The notes: a model not told the origin generated them from the letters alone. Counted from the first letter of the stretch, positions 50,608 through 60,463 are shown. The stretch is DNA of 64,000 nt from an uncultured delta proteobacterium (GCA_963772835.1 CAVYYZ010000001.1:128001-192000), one strand, 5' to 3'. Numbers and translations are program-made.

Positions 50608-51642
50608 GTGATGGTATGTAGTACAAAATCTAAACGCCGTTGTCGTTACCGTTCAATTCCGGTGGTCCCGGTTATCCTGCTGTTCTTACTCAGTTCCGTT
50701 CCCCGTATGGCTCAGGCCGGGGAAATTTTCGGTTTGTATGGTGCAACTGAAGAAGTAAACTCCTTGTTTCATTCTTTTGCCTATCAGGTGGAATACCGGG
50801 AAGGTCTGGGGGAAAACGCTGCCGTGAGCCTTTCCTATCTGAACGAGGGGCACATTCCAAACCACCACCGGGACGGAGTTGTTCCGATCATGCTCTGGGG
50901 GCGGACCAACCTCTTTGACCGCCGGCTCTCTTTGGCAGCCGGTGCCGGACCGTATCTCTATGCCGATACCACCCGGGTCAACGGCATTGCCAGAGATTAT
51001 CATGACCTGGGAGGGCTCATTGCCTTCTCCTCTACGTTCTATACCCGATCCAGAGTACTTCTTCAGGGAAGGGTCAACTGGGTTGTCACCGAAAAGAGTT
51101 TCAATACGGTCACCGCCCTGGTCGGCATCGCCTATCAGCTCGATTCGCCTCCTTCACCGGGACCTCTGCCGTTTCCCCCAAGTCAGAGGGAAAAAACGAC
51201 CGGCAACGAACTGTCACTGTATACCGGGCAGACGATTGTCAACAATCCCGGATCACCCAAGTCTCTCGCTACCTGTATCGAGTACCGGCGGGGGGTGTTG
51301 CGCTACCTTGATGCCAGTGTCGCATGGTTGAATGAGGGTGACAACGAACTGATCCGCCGCAACGGCGCACTCACCCAACTCTGGCTGAGCCGGGGGTTCC
51401 TCGGAGACCATCTCACCCTTGGTGCCGGATTCGGCGGATATTACTCCATCGATAAGCGGAAAGTCGACTCTGCCGATAAGGGTGGTTCACAATTTGCGTC
51501 CGGTGTCATGTCGTTGACCGTCAGTGCCAGGGATTTCGGTTTTGATCCGGCTCTTTCTTTTCGATTCATCATGAACCGGATTGTCACCAATTATGACAGG
51601 GACACCGATATTTTCCTCTTCGGAGTCGGGTACCGCTTCTAA
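50608..51642 (+). CDS. Outer-membrane protein with two tandem beta-barrel-like repeats
   Basis: Signal peptide ending AQA; internal duplication (YLNEG..RDG / WLNEG..RNG; GIAYQL / GVGYRF); Pro-rich linker; terminal Phe. Confidence 0.7.
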   Translation: MMVCSTKSKRRCRYRSIPVVPVILLFLLSSVPRMAQAGEIFGLYGATEEVNSLFHSFAYQVEYREGLGENAAVSLSYLNEGHIPNHHRDGVVPIMLWGRTNLFDRRLSLAAGAGPYLYADTTRVNGIARDYHDLGGLIAFSSTFYTRSRVLLQGRVNWVVTEKSFNTVTALVGIAYQLDSPPSPGPLPFPPSQREKTTGNELSLYTGQTIVNNPGSPKSLATCIEYRRGVLRYLDASVAWLNEGDNELIRRNGALTQLWLSRGFLGDHLTLGAGFGGYYSIDKRKVDSADKGGSQFASGVMSLTVSARDFGFDPALSFRFIMNRIVTNYDRDTDIFLFGVGYRF

Positions 51643-51802
51643 CAACCCTGTCATGAGAGGCGATAGTGCCGGAAGACGACCTGAGCTAATTATGCAGTTT
51701 CCGTCCGGAATCCCCGGACTGAAACGTTGAAATCATTCAGGCTCCTGCCACTGTACGCGGCGGTTGGAACAGATCTCCCTGAAACAGCCGGAAGAGAATG
51801 GA

Positions 51803-51841
51803 AATACCGGTGCAGGAGATGCTGTCTCCTGCACCGGTATT
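51803..51841. terminator. Perfect 17-bp hairpin between convergent genes
   Basis: AATACCGGTGCAGGAGA-TGCTG-TCTCCTGCACCGGTATT. Confidence 0.6.
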
Positions 51842-51912
51842 CCGTCGGCGGCAGAGAATTTTAACCATCAGAACATACATGGCCGCGGACATTTTCCGGC
51901 CGGATTATGATT

Positions 51913-52215
51913 CTATGTATGGCAGTCCTCACACTTTACTGGCCCTTTGTCGTTCAGGTCATGGCACGATATACACATGGAGTGCGCCGTTTCCTTGCCC
52001 CAGTTGTCAATCTTCCACCTGTCCGGAATGTGGCAATGAAAACATTCACTGTTCTGAAGGTTTTGATGCTTCCTGTGCGAGAACTGCAGGGGTATAGAAC
52101 CGTTCTTCAGAGGTATGATTTCGGGTCCCGGGTTCTGCAGGGCTTCTGAGCCTGCTGCCGCACACATAACGATACAGGCGATACATACCGCCATCACTCC
52201 ACTTTTTCCCACCAT
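51913..52215 (-). CDS. Periplasmic triheme cytochrome c7 (PpcA family)
   Basis: Signal peptide; FSHRKH, CFHCH, GKETAH..CISCH, GPVKCEDCH. Confidence 0.88.
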   Translation of the reverse strand: MVGKSGVMAVCIACIVMCAAAGSEALQNPGPEIIPLKNGSIPLQFSHRKHQNLQNSECFHCHIPDRWKIDNWGKETAHSMCISCHDLNDKGPVKCEDCHT

Positions 52216-52410
52216 TATTCTATACCCCCGCCGGTTGATGTAGTCAGAGGATAGCAGGTAATTGCCAATTGTCCATACCTGCTGAAACGGTTCGTTTGTT
52301 AATTGGCCGCTCATCGCAGCACGAATCCGTTATGAACGTTGACACGGATGTATGAATGAAGCTAAGAATTGAATGGAAGAGGGCATCACATACGATAAGG
52401 ATACATTCTC

Positions 52411-52953
52411 ATGGCATTACCATCAATCATATACCGGGTTACAGTTCAGCTCTCAGATGTCGATCGGGGAGTGTACGAGTCACTGCAGGCGACAGTTGCC
52501 CGTCATCCGTCAGAAACCGAAGAGCGCCTTGTGGCCAGGTTGCTGGCATATGCACTCTTCTTCGAGCCTGAACTGGCGTTTGCCAAGGGTATAAGCGCCG
52601 GTGATGAACCGGATCTCTGGTTGAAGGGACCTGATGACCGGGTGTTGCTGTGGGTTGAGGTCGGGCTGCCGGAGCCTGAAAGGCTCGTCAAGGCCGGGCG
52701 TCATGCGGAACGGGTCGCCCTGATCGCCTGCGGGAGAGCATTTCCGAAGTGGGAACAACAGCATATTTCGAAGCTTGAAGGCGTATCCAATCTGACACTG
52801 CTGCATGTTGACCAGCCGTTCATCAACAGCCTGGTTTCTCTGTTGGACCGTTCCATAAGCTGGTCTGTGACAGTGTCGGACGGTACCCTGTACATTGACG
52901 TCGGTGGTGAATCATTCGAGACGGTTATTCACGTACGGGCCGGAAGCAGATAA
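52411..52953 (+). CDS. yaeQ: YaeQ-family protein
   Basis: MALPS.IYR, D.DR..Y, ARHPSETEER, DEPDLW, LWVEVGLP. Confidence 0.93.
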   Translation: MALPSIIYRVTVQLSDVDRGVYESLQATVARHPSETEERLVARLLAYALFFEPELAFAKGISAGDEPDLWLKGPDDRVLLWVEVGLPEPERLVKAGRHAERVALIACGRAFPKWEQQHISKLEGVSNLTLLHVDQPFINSLVSLLDRSISWSVTVSDGTLYIDVGGESFETVIHVRAGSR

Positions 52954-53049
52954 CAGCACCGGATTGACAGATCAGTGAATCTTCCCGCCGCTGCATGTTT
53001 CATGCGAATCTCTGAATAAAGAACGTACATGTTTTTTCTGTCTCACAAT

Positions 53050-53089
53050 AACAGAGGGCCGGGATTCAAAAAAATCCCGGCCCTCTGTT
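53050..53089. terminator. Perfect 17-bp hairpin between convergent yaeQ and DUF1450 genes
   Basis: AACAGAGGGCCGGGATT...AATCCCGGCCCTCTGTT. Confidence 0.7.
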
Positions 53090-53090
53090 G

Positions 53091-53327
53091 TCACTCTGAT
53101 GCGGCATTCTTCCGGATCAGGTCGATAACTTTTGTATATAAATCATCGCCATCCTTTCCGGTCACCCTCTTTTTGTCAACGACCGCCAGCGGCTGTTCAC
53201 GGCAGCTGCTGCACTGCTTGACACAATCCTTCACCTTGATGTTCAGGTCGGGAAACTCCTCTTCCAATCTCCGCATGACCTTGCCTTTACCCTTGTTGTG
53301 TTCGCAGAATCGAATCTTCATTGACAT
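53091..53327 (-). CDS. Small Cys-containing protein (DUF1450-like)
   Basis: IRFCEHN...CVKQCSSC...P.AVVD. Confidence 0.75.
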   Translation of the reverse strand: MSMKIRFCEHNKGKGKVMRRLEEEFPDLNIKVKDCVKQCSSCREQPLAVVDKKRVTGKDGDDLYTKVIDLIRKNAASE

Positions 53328-53330
53328 CCG

Positions 53331-53852
53331 CTACACCGCCAGCGGGGAGCCGACCGGGGCCACAAAAATGCGTTGCGCCATTTCTCCGTCGATCATAAGA
53401 ACCCCATAGCCGTTGTCACCGACCATTTTGAGCTTGGCAATCAGGTCGCGATCGTTATTTTCCTCTTCGATCTGCTCGGTTACAAACCACTGCAGGAAAA
53501 TCTGGGTGGCGTGATCCTTCTCCTGAACTGCCTGCTCGCTGAGATTGTTAATACAGGAGGTGATCAGCTGCTCGTGGATAAGGGTTTTCTGCATCATATC
53601 AAGCAGTGATTTGTATTTGTTCGGCACCGCCTTGCTGGCGGGCATTGAAATGACAATCCCCTGATCGGCCAGGTAGGTGTAAAACTTCATGAAGTGGATC
53701 ATCTCTTCCCGGTACTGCACGAAGAACCAGTTGGCGGCCCCTTTCAGTCCCATTTCATTGGCGCAGGATGACATGACGAGATACAGGTGTGCGGAGAAAA
53801 GCTCAAGGTTCATATGGGTGTTAAGCGAATCCGACATTTTTTTGCTGATCAT
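53331..53852 (-). CDS. ftn: Non-heme ferritin
   Basis: LELFSAHLYL.MS, GAANWF..Q..EE..H, HEQLIT, D.AT..FLQWFVTEQIEEE. Confidence 0.93.
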   Translation of the reverse strand: MISKKMSDSLNTHMNLELFSAHLYLVMSSCANEMGLKGAANWFFVQYREEMIHFMKFYTYLADQGIVISMPASKAVPNKYKSLLDMMQKTLIHEQLITSCINNLSEQAVQEKDHATQIFLQWFVTEQIEEENNDRDLIAKLKMVGDNGYGVLMIDGEMAQRIFVAPVGSPLAV

Positions 53853-53948
53853 AAAAGTAACCTCCCGATTGTTTTCTTTCACTATACCGCAATTCAAGAC
53901 TTTTTCAATCCTGTATTATACGCGGGACGGAACGACACGGGAAAATAA

Positions 53949-54731
53949 TTATTGAATGGTCCTGCTGCGAGAGAGCAGCAGTGCACATGTGACCCCTGCT
54001 ACGAACATCGGCAGGCTGAGCAGCTGCCCCATGGAAAAGAGACCGTAGAAGAGGCCAATCTGGGCGTCAGGCTGGCGAAAAAATTCGACGGTAAAGCGGA
54101 ACAGCCCATAGCCGGCAATGGCGGCGCAGGTTGTAACGCCGTTAACGCGTGTCTTTTTCGAGATGAAACGGACGATGAAAAACAGTACAAGCCCTTCCAG
54201 AAATGCTTCGTACAGTTGCGACGGGTGTCGCGGGACCCCGTCACTGCCGGGAAAAATAATCCCCCAGGGTGCATCAGTCGGTCTGCCGTACAACTCCCCG
54301 TTTATGAAGTTGCCTATTCTTCCCAGCCCCAGCCCCACCGGTGCGCAGAGAGCCGCCATGTCAATCAGAGTCAGAAACGGAATCTTTCTGCGCCGGGCGA
54401 AGAGCACAAAGGCGAGCATGACACCAAGAAAGCCGCCATGGAAGGACATCCCCCCTTCCCAGACGGCAAAGAGTTTGAGCGGGTTGGCGAGATAAAATCC
54501 GAGGTTGTAGAACAGAATATACCCTGCACGCCCTCCCAGAACCACTCCCATGGCACCGTAAAAAACCAGATCGGCAACATCGTCTTTCGTCAGAGGCAGC
54601 TTTTTGCGGGTGACTTCAGAACGGAAAATAAAATAGGTGGCGATGAAGGAGAGAACATACATTAGCCCGTACCAGCGGAACTGGAGCGGGCCGATGCTCA
54701 GGAATACAGGGTCGATGTGTGGAAATTGCAT
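53949..54731 (-). CDS. lgt: Prolipoprotein diacylglyceryl transferase
   Basis: RWYGLMY, GGMSFHGG, GRIGNFINGEL.GR, RHPSQLYE, EFFRQPD. Confidence 0.97.
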   Translation of the reverse strand: MQFPHIDPVFLSIGPLQFRWYGLMYVLSFIATYFIFRSEVTRKKLPLTKDDVADLVFYGAMGVVLGGRAGYILFYNLGFYLANPLKLFAVWEGGMSFHGGFLGVMLAFVLFARRRKIPFLTLIDMAALCAPVGLGLGRIGNFINGELYGRPTDAPWGIIFPGSDGVPRHPSQLYEAFLEGLVLFFIVRFISKKTRVNGVTTCAAIAGYGLFRFTVEFFRQPDAQIGLFYGLFSMGQLLSLPMFVAGVTCALLLSRSRTIQ

Positions 54732-54748
54732 AAAATCGGGAACCTTGT

Positions 54749-56374
54749 TTATACTCCGCAGCCGCAATTGCGGGAGCAGGAGCCACTTCTCATTTTGAGG
54801 GCCTTTATGAAGCTGGCGTCGGTGGCGGCCTGAAGTTCATCGACAACGGGAGCCGGCACAGGTGAGTCAAGCGACAGGATAACCATTGCCTCACCCTTTT
54901 TCACACTCCGTCCGAGGTTCATCGAGGCGATGTTGATGTCGTGCTGTCCCATGATTGTTCCGATTTTCCCGATCATGCCGGGGCGGTCTTCGTAATTCAG
55001 CAGCAGCATATGTTCGTCGGGGGTAAAGTCCATGGAATAGTCCCGCAACTGGACAATGCGCGGGTGGCCGTCAAAGAGGGTGCCGGCGACCAGTCTCCGT
55101 TTTCCTTTTCCCTCGAGGGTGAGGGTGATGACGTTGGAGAAGGCGTCGGACTGTGTGGATTTGGTCTCCTCTACGATAATTCCCATCTGTTCTGCAATCA
55201 GGCCGGCGTTAACCATGTTGACATCCTGGTCGAGTTTGCGGTTCAAGAGTGCCGAAAGTCCGCAGACGGCAAGCGGCGAACAGTCATAATGGGCAATTGC
55301 GCCGCTGAATCCGAAGGTGACCTTTTCCAGATTCGTGTCTACCAGCTGTACGCCGAAATCGCAGATGACGCTCATCAGGTTGAGGAACGGCCGCATCTGA
55401 TCCATCAGAGCCATATCAAAACGGGGGATGTTCACTGCATTTTCCATCGGTTTGTCATCCAGGTAGTTGATGATTTCCTGAGATACATCAATTGCAACAT
55501 TGATTTGAGCTTCGAAGGTGTTGGCCCCCAGATGGGGCGTGACCACCAGATTTTTATGAGCGATCAGCTGTTTGAGAGTGTCGGTAACGGGGGGCTCTTC
55601 GCTCCAGACATCAAACGCAGCGCCGAGTACTTTGCCTGAATTCAGGTTGTCCAGCATTGCCTGCTCATTAATGATACCGCCGCGGGCAACATTAAGGACG
55701 ATCACGCCCGTTTTCATCAGGCCGAACTCGCGCGCTCCGATCATCCCTTTGGTCTCTTCATTGAGCGGGGTGTGGACGGTAATAATGTCGCAGTTTTTAT
55801 AAATTTCGTCATGGGACACCAGTTTGACCCCCAGGTCGTGGGCCCGCTTGACGGAAATATACGGATCACACGCCAGCACGTCGCATTCAAACGCTTTCAG
55901 GCGGGAGACAACCCGTCCGCCGACTTTGCCAATGCCGATAACCCCGGCCGTTTTACTCTTCAGTTCGTGACCGGTAAAGGGCGCCCGCTTCCACTCACCC
56001 GCTTTCAGACTGTTATTTGCTGTCGTCACGTTGCGACAGAATGACAGAAGCAGTGCCATGGTGTGTTCTGCTGCACTATTCGTGTTGCCGAAAGGGGCAT
56101 TGACAACAATCACCCCTTTTGAACTTGCATAGTCGACATCGACATTGTCGATACCGACCCCGGCCCTGGCTACCAGCTTCAGGCGGGTGGCCGCATCCAG
56201 AAGCGCCTTGTCAACGGTTGTCCCGCTGCGGGTGATAATGACTTCATAGTCGCCGATGACGGCCAGCAATTCTTCTTTATTCAAACCAAGTTTAACGTCC
56301 AGCTGAATGCGGGGTTCCTGGGTTAAGAGAGCCAGACCCTCTGCTGAAACTTCATCTGTTACAATAATCTTCAT
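54749..56374 (-). CDS. serA: D-3-phosphoglycerate dehydrogenase (type I, with ASB and ACT domains)
   Basis: RAGVGIDNVD, GIGKVG, NVARGG, TPHLGA, DRPGMIG.IG...INIA. Confidence 0.96.
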   Translation of the reverse strand: MKIIVTDEVSAEGLALLTQEPRIQLDVKLGLNKEELLAVIGDYEVIITRSGTTVDKALLDAATRLKLVARAGVGIDNVDVDYASSKGVIVVNAPFGNTNSAAEHTMALLLSFCRNVTTANNSLKAGEWKRAPFTGHELKSKTAGVIGIGKVGGRVVSRLKAFECDVLACDPYISVKRAHDLGVKLVSHDEIYKNCDIITVHTPLNEETKGMIGAREFGLMKTGVIVLNVARGGIINEQAMLDNLNSGKVLGAAFDVWSEEPPVTDTLKQLIAHKNLVVTPHLGANTFEAQINVAIDVSQEIINYLDDKPMENAVNIPRFDMALMDQMRPFLNLMSVICDFGVQLVDTNLEKVTFGFSGAIAHYDCSPLAVCGLSALLNRKLDQDVNMVNAGLIAEQMGIIVEETKSTQSDAFSNVITLTLEGKGKRRLVAGTLFDGHPRIVQLRDYSMDFTPDEHMLLLNYEDRPGMIGKIGTIMGQHDINIASMNLGRSVKKGEAMVILSLDSPVPAPVVDELQAATDASFIKALKMRSGSCSRNCGCGV

Positions 56375-56476
56375 GACCGTATCTCCAATGGCTATGGAAT
56401 TTTGACATTACACAATAGTCTTGAAGGAAAAAAAATGCAAGCATGGCAGCCGTAAATAGTGGTATACCGTTGAACC

Positions 56477-56941
56477 ATGAACCCATTCAATATCGTTCTC
56501 ATTGAACCTGAAATACCTCCGAACACCGGAAATATCGCACGTTTGTGTGCCGCTACCGGAGCGGTCCTGCATTTGGTCGGGCAGCTCGGATTCTCCCTCG
56601 ATGACCGATATCTCAAACGGGCAGGTCTTGACTATTGGAAATATGTTTCCCTGCAGCAGTGGCCCGACCTTGAAACACTTCAGGCGGCAGCATCGGGCGG
56701 ACGTTTTTTCTATCTGAGTACCAAGGTCGGCCGGAGTTATCTGGATGCCGGCTTTCAGCCGGGTGATTATATCGTACTCGGCAAGGAGACCAGGGGGTTG
56801 CCGGAAGAACTGCTCAGTGCCAATCCGGAAACTTCATTCACCATTCCGATGCCGTCCGGAAATGTACGCAGTCTCAACCTGTCAACTTCGGCCGGAATCG
56901 TGCTGTATGAAGCGCTGCGTCAAAGCGGGATGCTTTTGTAA
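56477..56941 (+). CDS. trmL: tRNA (cytidine34/uridine34-2'-O)-methyltransferase
   Basis: PEIPPNTGNIARLC, KRAGLDYW, G.ETRGLP, RSLNLS...YEA.RQ. Confidence 0.95.
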   Translation: MNPFNIVLIEPEIPPNTGNIARLCAATGAVLHLVGQLGFSLDDRYLKRAGLDYWKYVSLQQWPDLETLQAAASGGRFFYLSTKVGRSYLDAGFQPGDYIVLGKETRGLPEELLSANPETSFTIPMPSGNVRSLNLSTSAGIVLYEALRQSGMLL

Positions 56942-57321
56942 TGCTGGCCAGAGCGGTCATCTGGATGAATCTGGCGCTTTTTTTCTACACCTGGGCTGTT
57001 TTCAGCGGTCGCAGGCAGGGATTGCACCTGAAACATCTGGCTGTATTCGGAACCGGTCTCGTTTTTGATTTTCTGGGTACTCATCAGATGAATCTGGTCG
57101 CCCGGATGTACGGCAAAGCACCGGAATGGCACAATATCACCGGCATAGCCTCACTGGCAGGAATGGGCTTTCATTTCCTGCTGGCGTTGACTGCCGTACT
57201 GCTGCATCGTGCAGAAGCTGTCAACGTGCTCTTTCATCGCGTCAGCCTGACGATCTACAGCTGCTGGCTTCTGGCCTTTGTCAGTGGCGCCGTGTCCGGG
57301 ATGATGCGGATGAAAGGATGA
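56941..57321 (+). CDS. Small 4-TM membrane protein (TIGR03987/HsmA-like)
   Basis: ALFFYT, GLVFD..GT..M, H.ITG...M..H; translationally coupled to trmL. Confidence 0.65.
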   Translation: MLARAVIWMNLALFFYTWAVFSGRRQGLHLKHLAVFGTGLVFDFLGTHQMNLVARMYGKAPEWHNITGIASLAGMGFHFLLALTAVLLHRAEAVNVLFHRVSLTIYSCWLLAFVSGAVSGMMRMKG

Positions 57322-57326
57322 ATCTG

Positions 57327-58523
57327 ATGCACCCTTATCTGACCGGCACCGTTCCCGGTACCGGAGGAACAATCAAGGAAACCCCCGGGGACTTCATTGT
57401 CGAAGAGATCCCATCCTATCTTCCCTGCGGTTCCGGCGAACACTGCTACCTGACGATCGAGAAGTACGGCATCACCACACTGGAGGCGATACGCCGCATT
57501 GCACAGAGCCTGAAGGTTCCTGAACGCGATATAGGCTATGCCGGCATGAAGGATTCCGTCGGTATTACCCGCCAGACGATTTCAATCCAGCGTATCACTC
57601 CTTCGAGGGTGCTCGCCCTCGAACTGGACGGCGTCAGAGTCGTTTCGGCGGAACAACACACCAACAAGCTGAAAGTGGGGCATCTCAAGGGGAATCGCTT
57701 TCGTATCGTCATTCGAGGTGTCTCCGGTATCGCTGAAAATTCAGTCCCGGCAGTACTGGATATACTCGGGGAACGTGGGGTCCCGAATTATTTCGGGTAT
57801 CAGCGCTATGGCGCTCAGGGGAATTCGCACCGTATCGGGTCGGCAATGCTGCGACGGGACTGGCGCGACTGTGTGGATCTGCTGGTTGGTGATCCGGATG
57901 CAATCCGGGATGAGGCGTGGTCATCCGCAATCTTCGCCTATAAGCAGGGTGATGTGGCGGCGGCGCTTCGGCTGTACCCCCGCCATTGTCGCAACGAGCG
58001 TGATGTACTGCAGCGGCTTGTTACCCGGCCGGAACAGTATGAGAAAGCATTTTCCGCCCTGCATCCCCGCATGAAAAAGCTGTATCTTTCAGCTGTTCAA
58101 TCTTTTCTGTTTGATCAGACGGTGGCACGGCGGATTGATCGTATTGACGGGTTGATGACCGGTGATCTGGCCTGCAAGCATCTCAACGGTGCCTGCTTTA
58201 TGGTCGAAGATGCTGACGGGGAGCGTGACAGGGCAGCAGCGTTTGAAATATCGGCAAGCGGGCCGATGTTCGGCTGCAAAATGAAGCGCCCCGAAGGGGC
58301 GGTGTGGGAGCTTGAACGGGAAATTCTGGAACAGGCGGGGATGGAATTGTCTCTTTTTGACCTGCCTGGCGATCTCCGCATGGAAGGCGAACGGAGGCCG
58401 TTGCGAGTACCCCCCGGAGATCTTTCCTGGAGCGTTTCAGGAGATGCGGTGACCGTCGAGTTTTCACTCCCGAAGGGGTCGTATGCGACATCGCTGATTC
58501 GTGAAGTAACCAAAACATTCTAA
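57327..58523 (+). CDS. truD: tRNA pseudouridine(13) synthase
   Basis: DFIVEE, GYAGMKD....TRQ, GHLKGNRF, PNYFGYQRYG, F.LPKGSYAT. Confidence 0.95.
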   Translation: MHPYLTGTVPGTGGTIKETPGDFIVEEIPSYLPCGSGEHCYLTIEKYGITTLEAIRRIAQSLKVPERDIGYAGMKDSVGITRQTISIQRITPSRVLALELDGVRVVSAEQHTNKLKVGHLKGNRFRIVIRGVSGIAENSVPAVLDILGERGVPNYFGYQRYGAQGNSHRIGSAMLRRDWRDCVDLLVGDPDAIRDEAWSSAIFAYKQGDVAAALRLYPRHCRNERDVLQRLVTRPEQYEKAFSALHPRMKKLYLSAVQSFLFDQTVARRIDRIDGLMTGDLACKHLNGACFMVEDADGERDRAAAFEISASGPMFGCKMKRPEGAVWELEREILEQAGMELSLFDLPGDLRMEGERRPLRVPPGDLSWSVSGDAVTVEFSLPKGSYATSLIREVTKTF

Positions 58524-58668
58524 CTGGCTCACATACAGCGAGAAGCAGAAGCGTAAAAAGACTTTGAATAAAACGCATACAGACCGGTAATTCTCACATA
58601 CAGTTTGTTCCCGGGTATCATTCACGTTCCCGGTGTTACAGATTATTTTATTAATTTTGGAATATCAG

Positions 58669-58703
58669 CACAAAAAAACCGGCAGAGCGCCGGTTTTTTT
58701 GTG
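58669..58703. terminator. Bidirectional intrinsic terminator between truD and ackA
   Basis: CACAAAAAAACCGGC-AGAGC-GCCGGTTTTTTTGTG. Confidence 0.8.
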
Positions 58704-58726
58704 TCCTGTCAGTTCACGGATATCGA

Positions 58727-59992
58727 TTATTTCCGGACGAAATCCGCTTTTGCGAACGAATATTCAAAGTTCATGTGATCGGTGTAGGTGCCGTTCAGTA
58801 TACCGACAACATCTTCCGTGAACACCAGTTCTTCATCGGTCGGGATGACATACACTTTGACCGGTGAGTCATCGGTGGTGATAAGGGTTTCCCGCTTGCG
58901 GGTCATCGCGCCGCTGTTCCGTTCACGGTCAAGGATGATGCCGATATGATCCAGCCCTTCGATCGCTTTCTCACGGATGGCAGCGCCCATTTCTCCAACC
59001 CCGGCGGTGAATACAACCGCGTCGAGTTTGCCGACTGCAGCCATATAGGCACCGATGTATTTCTTCAAGCGGTACGCTTCAATGTCCAGCGACAGTTGAC
59101 AGCGTTTATCCCCTGCATTTGCATGTTCGATGACATCACGGCGGTCAGTAAAACGGCCGGTAATTCCGATTACACCGCTTTTTTTGTTGAGTATGCTGTC
59201 AATCTCCTTGGCAGAAAGATTGTCTTTCTGCATCATGAAAGCAGGAATAGCCGGGTCGATATCTCCGCAGCGGGTTCCCATGACCGCACCTTCCAGCGGG
59301 GTGAGCCCCATAGTGGTGTCGACAGAAATGCCGTTTTTTATGGCACAATGGGACACACCATTGCCGATGTGCATGGTAACTATGTTGGTGTCTTTAGGGT
59401 CCTTGCCGAGCAGTGCAGCTGCGCGTTTTGAAACATACAGGTGCGACGTGCCGTGAAATCCGTAGCGCCTGACCTGATACTTTTCATACCATTCGTAAGG
59501 GAGCGGATAAATGTAGGCATGTTCGGGCATCGTCTGATGAAAAGCCGTGTCGAAAATGGCAATATGCGGAACGTTCGGCATGAGGGCCTGGGCAGCCTCG
59601 ATGCCTTCGATGTTGGGAGGGTTATGGAGAGGGGCCAGGTGCTGCACTTCTTTTACGGCATGCAGCACACTCTCGTCTATCATGACTGAACAGGTGAATT
59701 TTTCACCGCCATGCACGACACGATGGCCAACCGCTGAAATCTCATTGACGCTTTTCAGTACTCCATGGACCGGGTCTATAACGGTTTTGATAAGCAGATC
59801 GATCGCTTCCTGGTGATTGGCGCAGTCAAGTTCGTGATGATAATTCTCATGACCGGGCACTTCATGCACAATATACGAGCCGCCAATAATAACTCGTTCT
59901 ACCATACCCTTGGCGACAACCTCCATTTTCTGCCAATCGAAAAGTTGATATTTTACTGATGAGCTTCCGCAGTTTAACGCCATGATAATCAT
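58727..59992 (-). CDS. ackA: Acetate kinase
   Basis: NCGSSSVKYQL, GHRVVHGG, LAPLHNP, FDTAFH, RRYGFHGTSH, TPLEG, TAGVGE, IPTDEE. Confidence 0.97.
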   Translation of the reverse strand: MIIMALNCGSSSVKYQLFDWQKMEVVAKGMVERVIIGGSYIVHEVPGHENYHHELDCANHQEAIDLLIKTVIDPVHGVLKSVNEISAVGHRVVHGGEKFTCSVMIDESVLHAVKEVQHLAPLHNPPNIEGIEAAQALMPNVPHIAIFDTAFHQTMPEHAYIYPLPYEWYEKYQVRRYGFHGTSHLYVSKRAAALLGKDPKDTNIVTMHIGNGVSHCAIKNGISVDTTMGLTPLEGAVMGTRCGDIDPAIPAFMMQKDNLSAKEIDSILNKKSGVIGITGRFTDRRDVIEHANAGDKRCQLSLDIEAYRLKKYIGAYMAAVGKLDAVVFTAGVGEMGAAIREKAIEGLDHIGIILDRERNSGAMTRKRETLITTDDSPVKVYVIPTDEELVFTEDVVGILNGTYTDHMNFEYSFAKADFVRK

Positions 59993-60237
59993 GTATGTCC
60001 CCTTCAAAAAAAGGTGTATTTGTTATATTCTCAGTAAAAAAATAACATCGAAACTAAAATAACTAGCTGTAATAAAACTGTTTTTGATATATACACGGAA
60101 CTCGAATTGAATTCAACAAAATATGTGCCGGCTGATTTGCCGGAGGGGAGATTTCTTTGCTGGACATTTAAAATCCGGTATGGTACATCAAACTCCGCTT
60201 TCCGTCAGGCGAGCTAATCTAACAAGGAGGTGAAATT

Positions 60238-60405
60238 GTGTCCCATACTATTACTGAAGATTGCACAAATTGTGCAGCATGTGAGGATTCCTGTCCCGTT
60301 AACGCTATCAGCGAGCAGGGTTCGAAGCGTGTTATTGACGCCGATACCTGTATCGACTGCGGCGCATGTGTAGATACCTGCCCCGTAAGCGCTATCCATG
60401 CTTAA
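60238..60405 (+). CDS. 2[4Fe-4S] ferredoxin, 55 aa (below the ORF-track cutoff)
   Basis: AAGGAGG RBS, GTG start; MSHTITEDCTNCAACEDSCPVNAISEQGSKRVIDADTCIDCGACVDTCPVSAIHA*. Confidence 0.95.
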   Translation: MSHTITEDCTNCAACEDSCPVNAISEQGSKRVIDADTCIDCGACVDTCPVSAIHA

Positions 60406-60427
60406 GTGACGTTGATCACACCGCAAC

Positions 60428-60463
60428 ACAAAAAAAGCCCGTGGCAGCACGGGCTTTTTTTGT
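60428..60463. terminator. Bidirectional intrinsic terminator
   Basis: AAAAAAGCCCGTG-GCAG-CACGGGCTTTTTT. Confidence 0.85.

Noticed and set aside
51645..51800. Possible riboswitch (contains GCCACTG, reminiscent of cobalamin elements)
   Set aside because: It lies between convergent 3' ends, and I could not find the other conserved cobalamin or c-di-GMP riboswitch elements.
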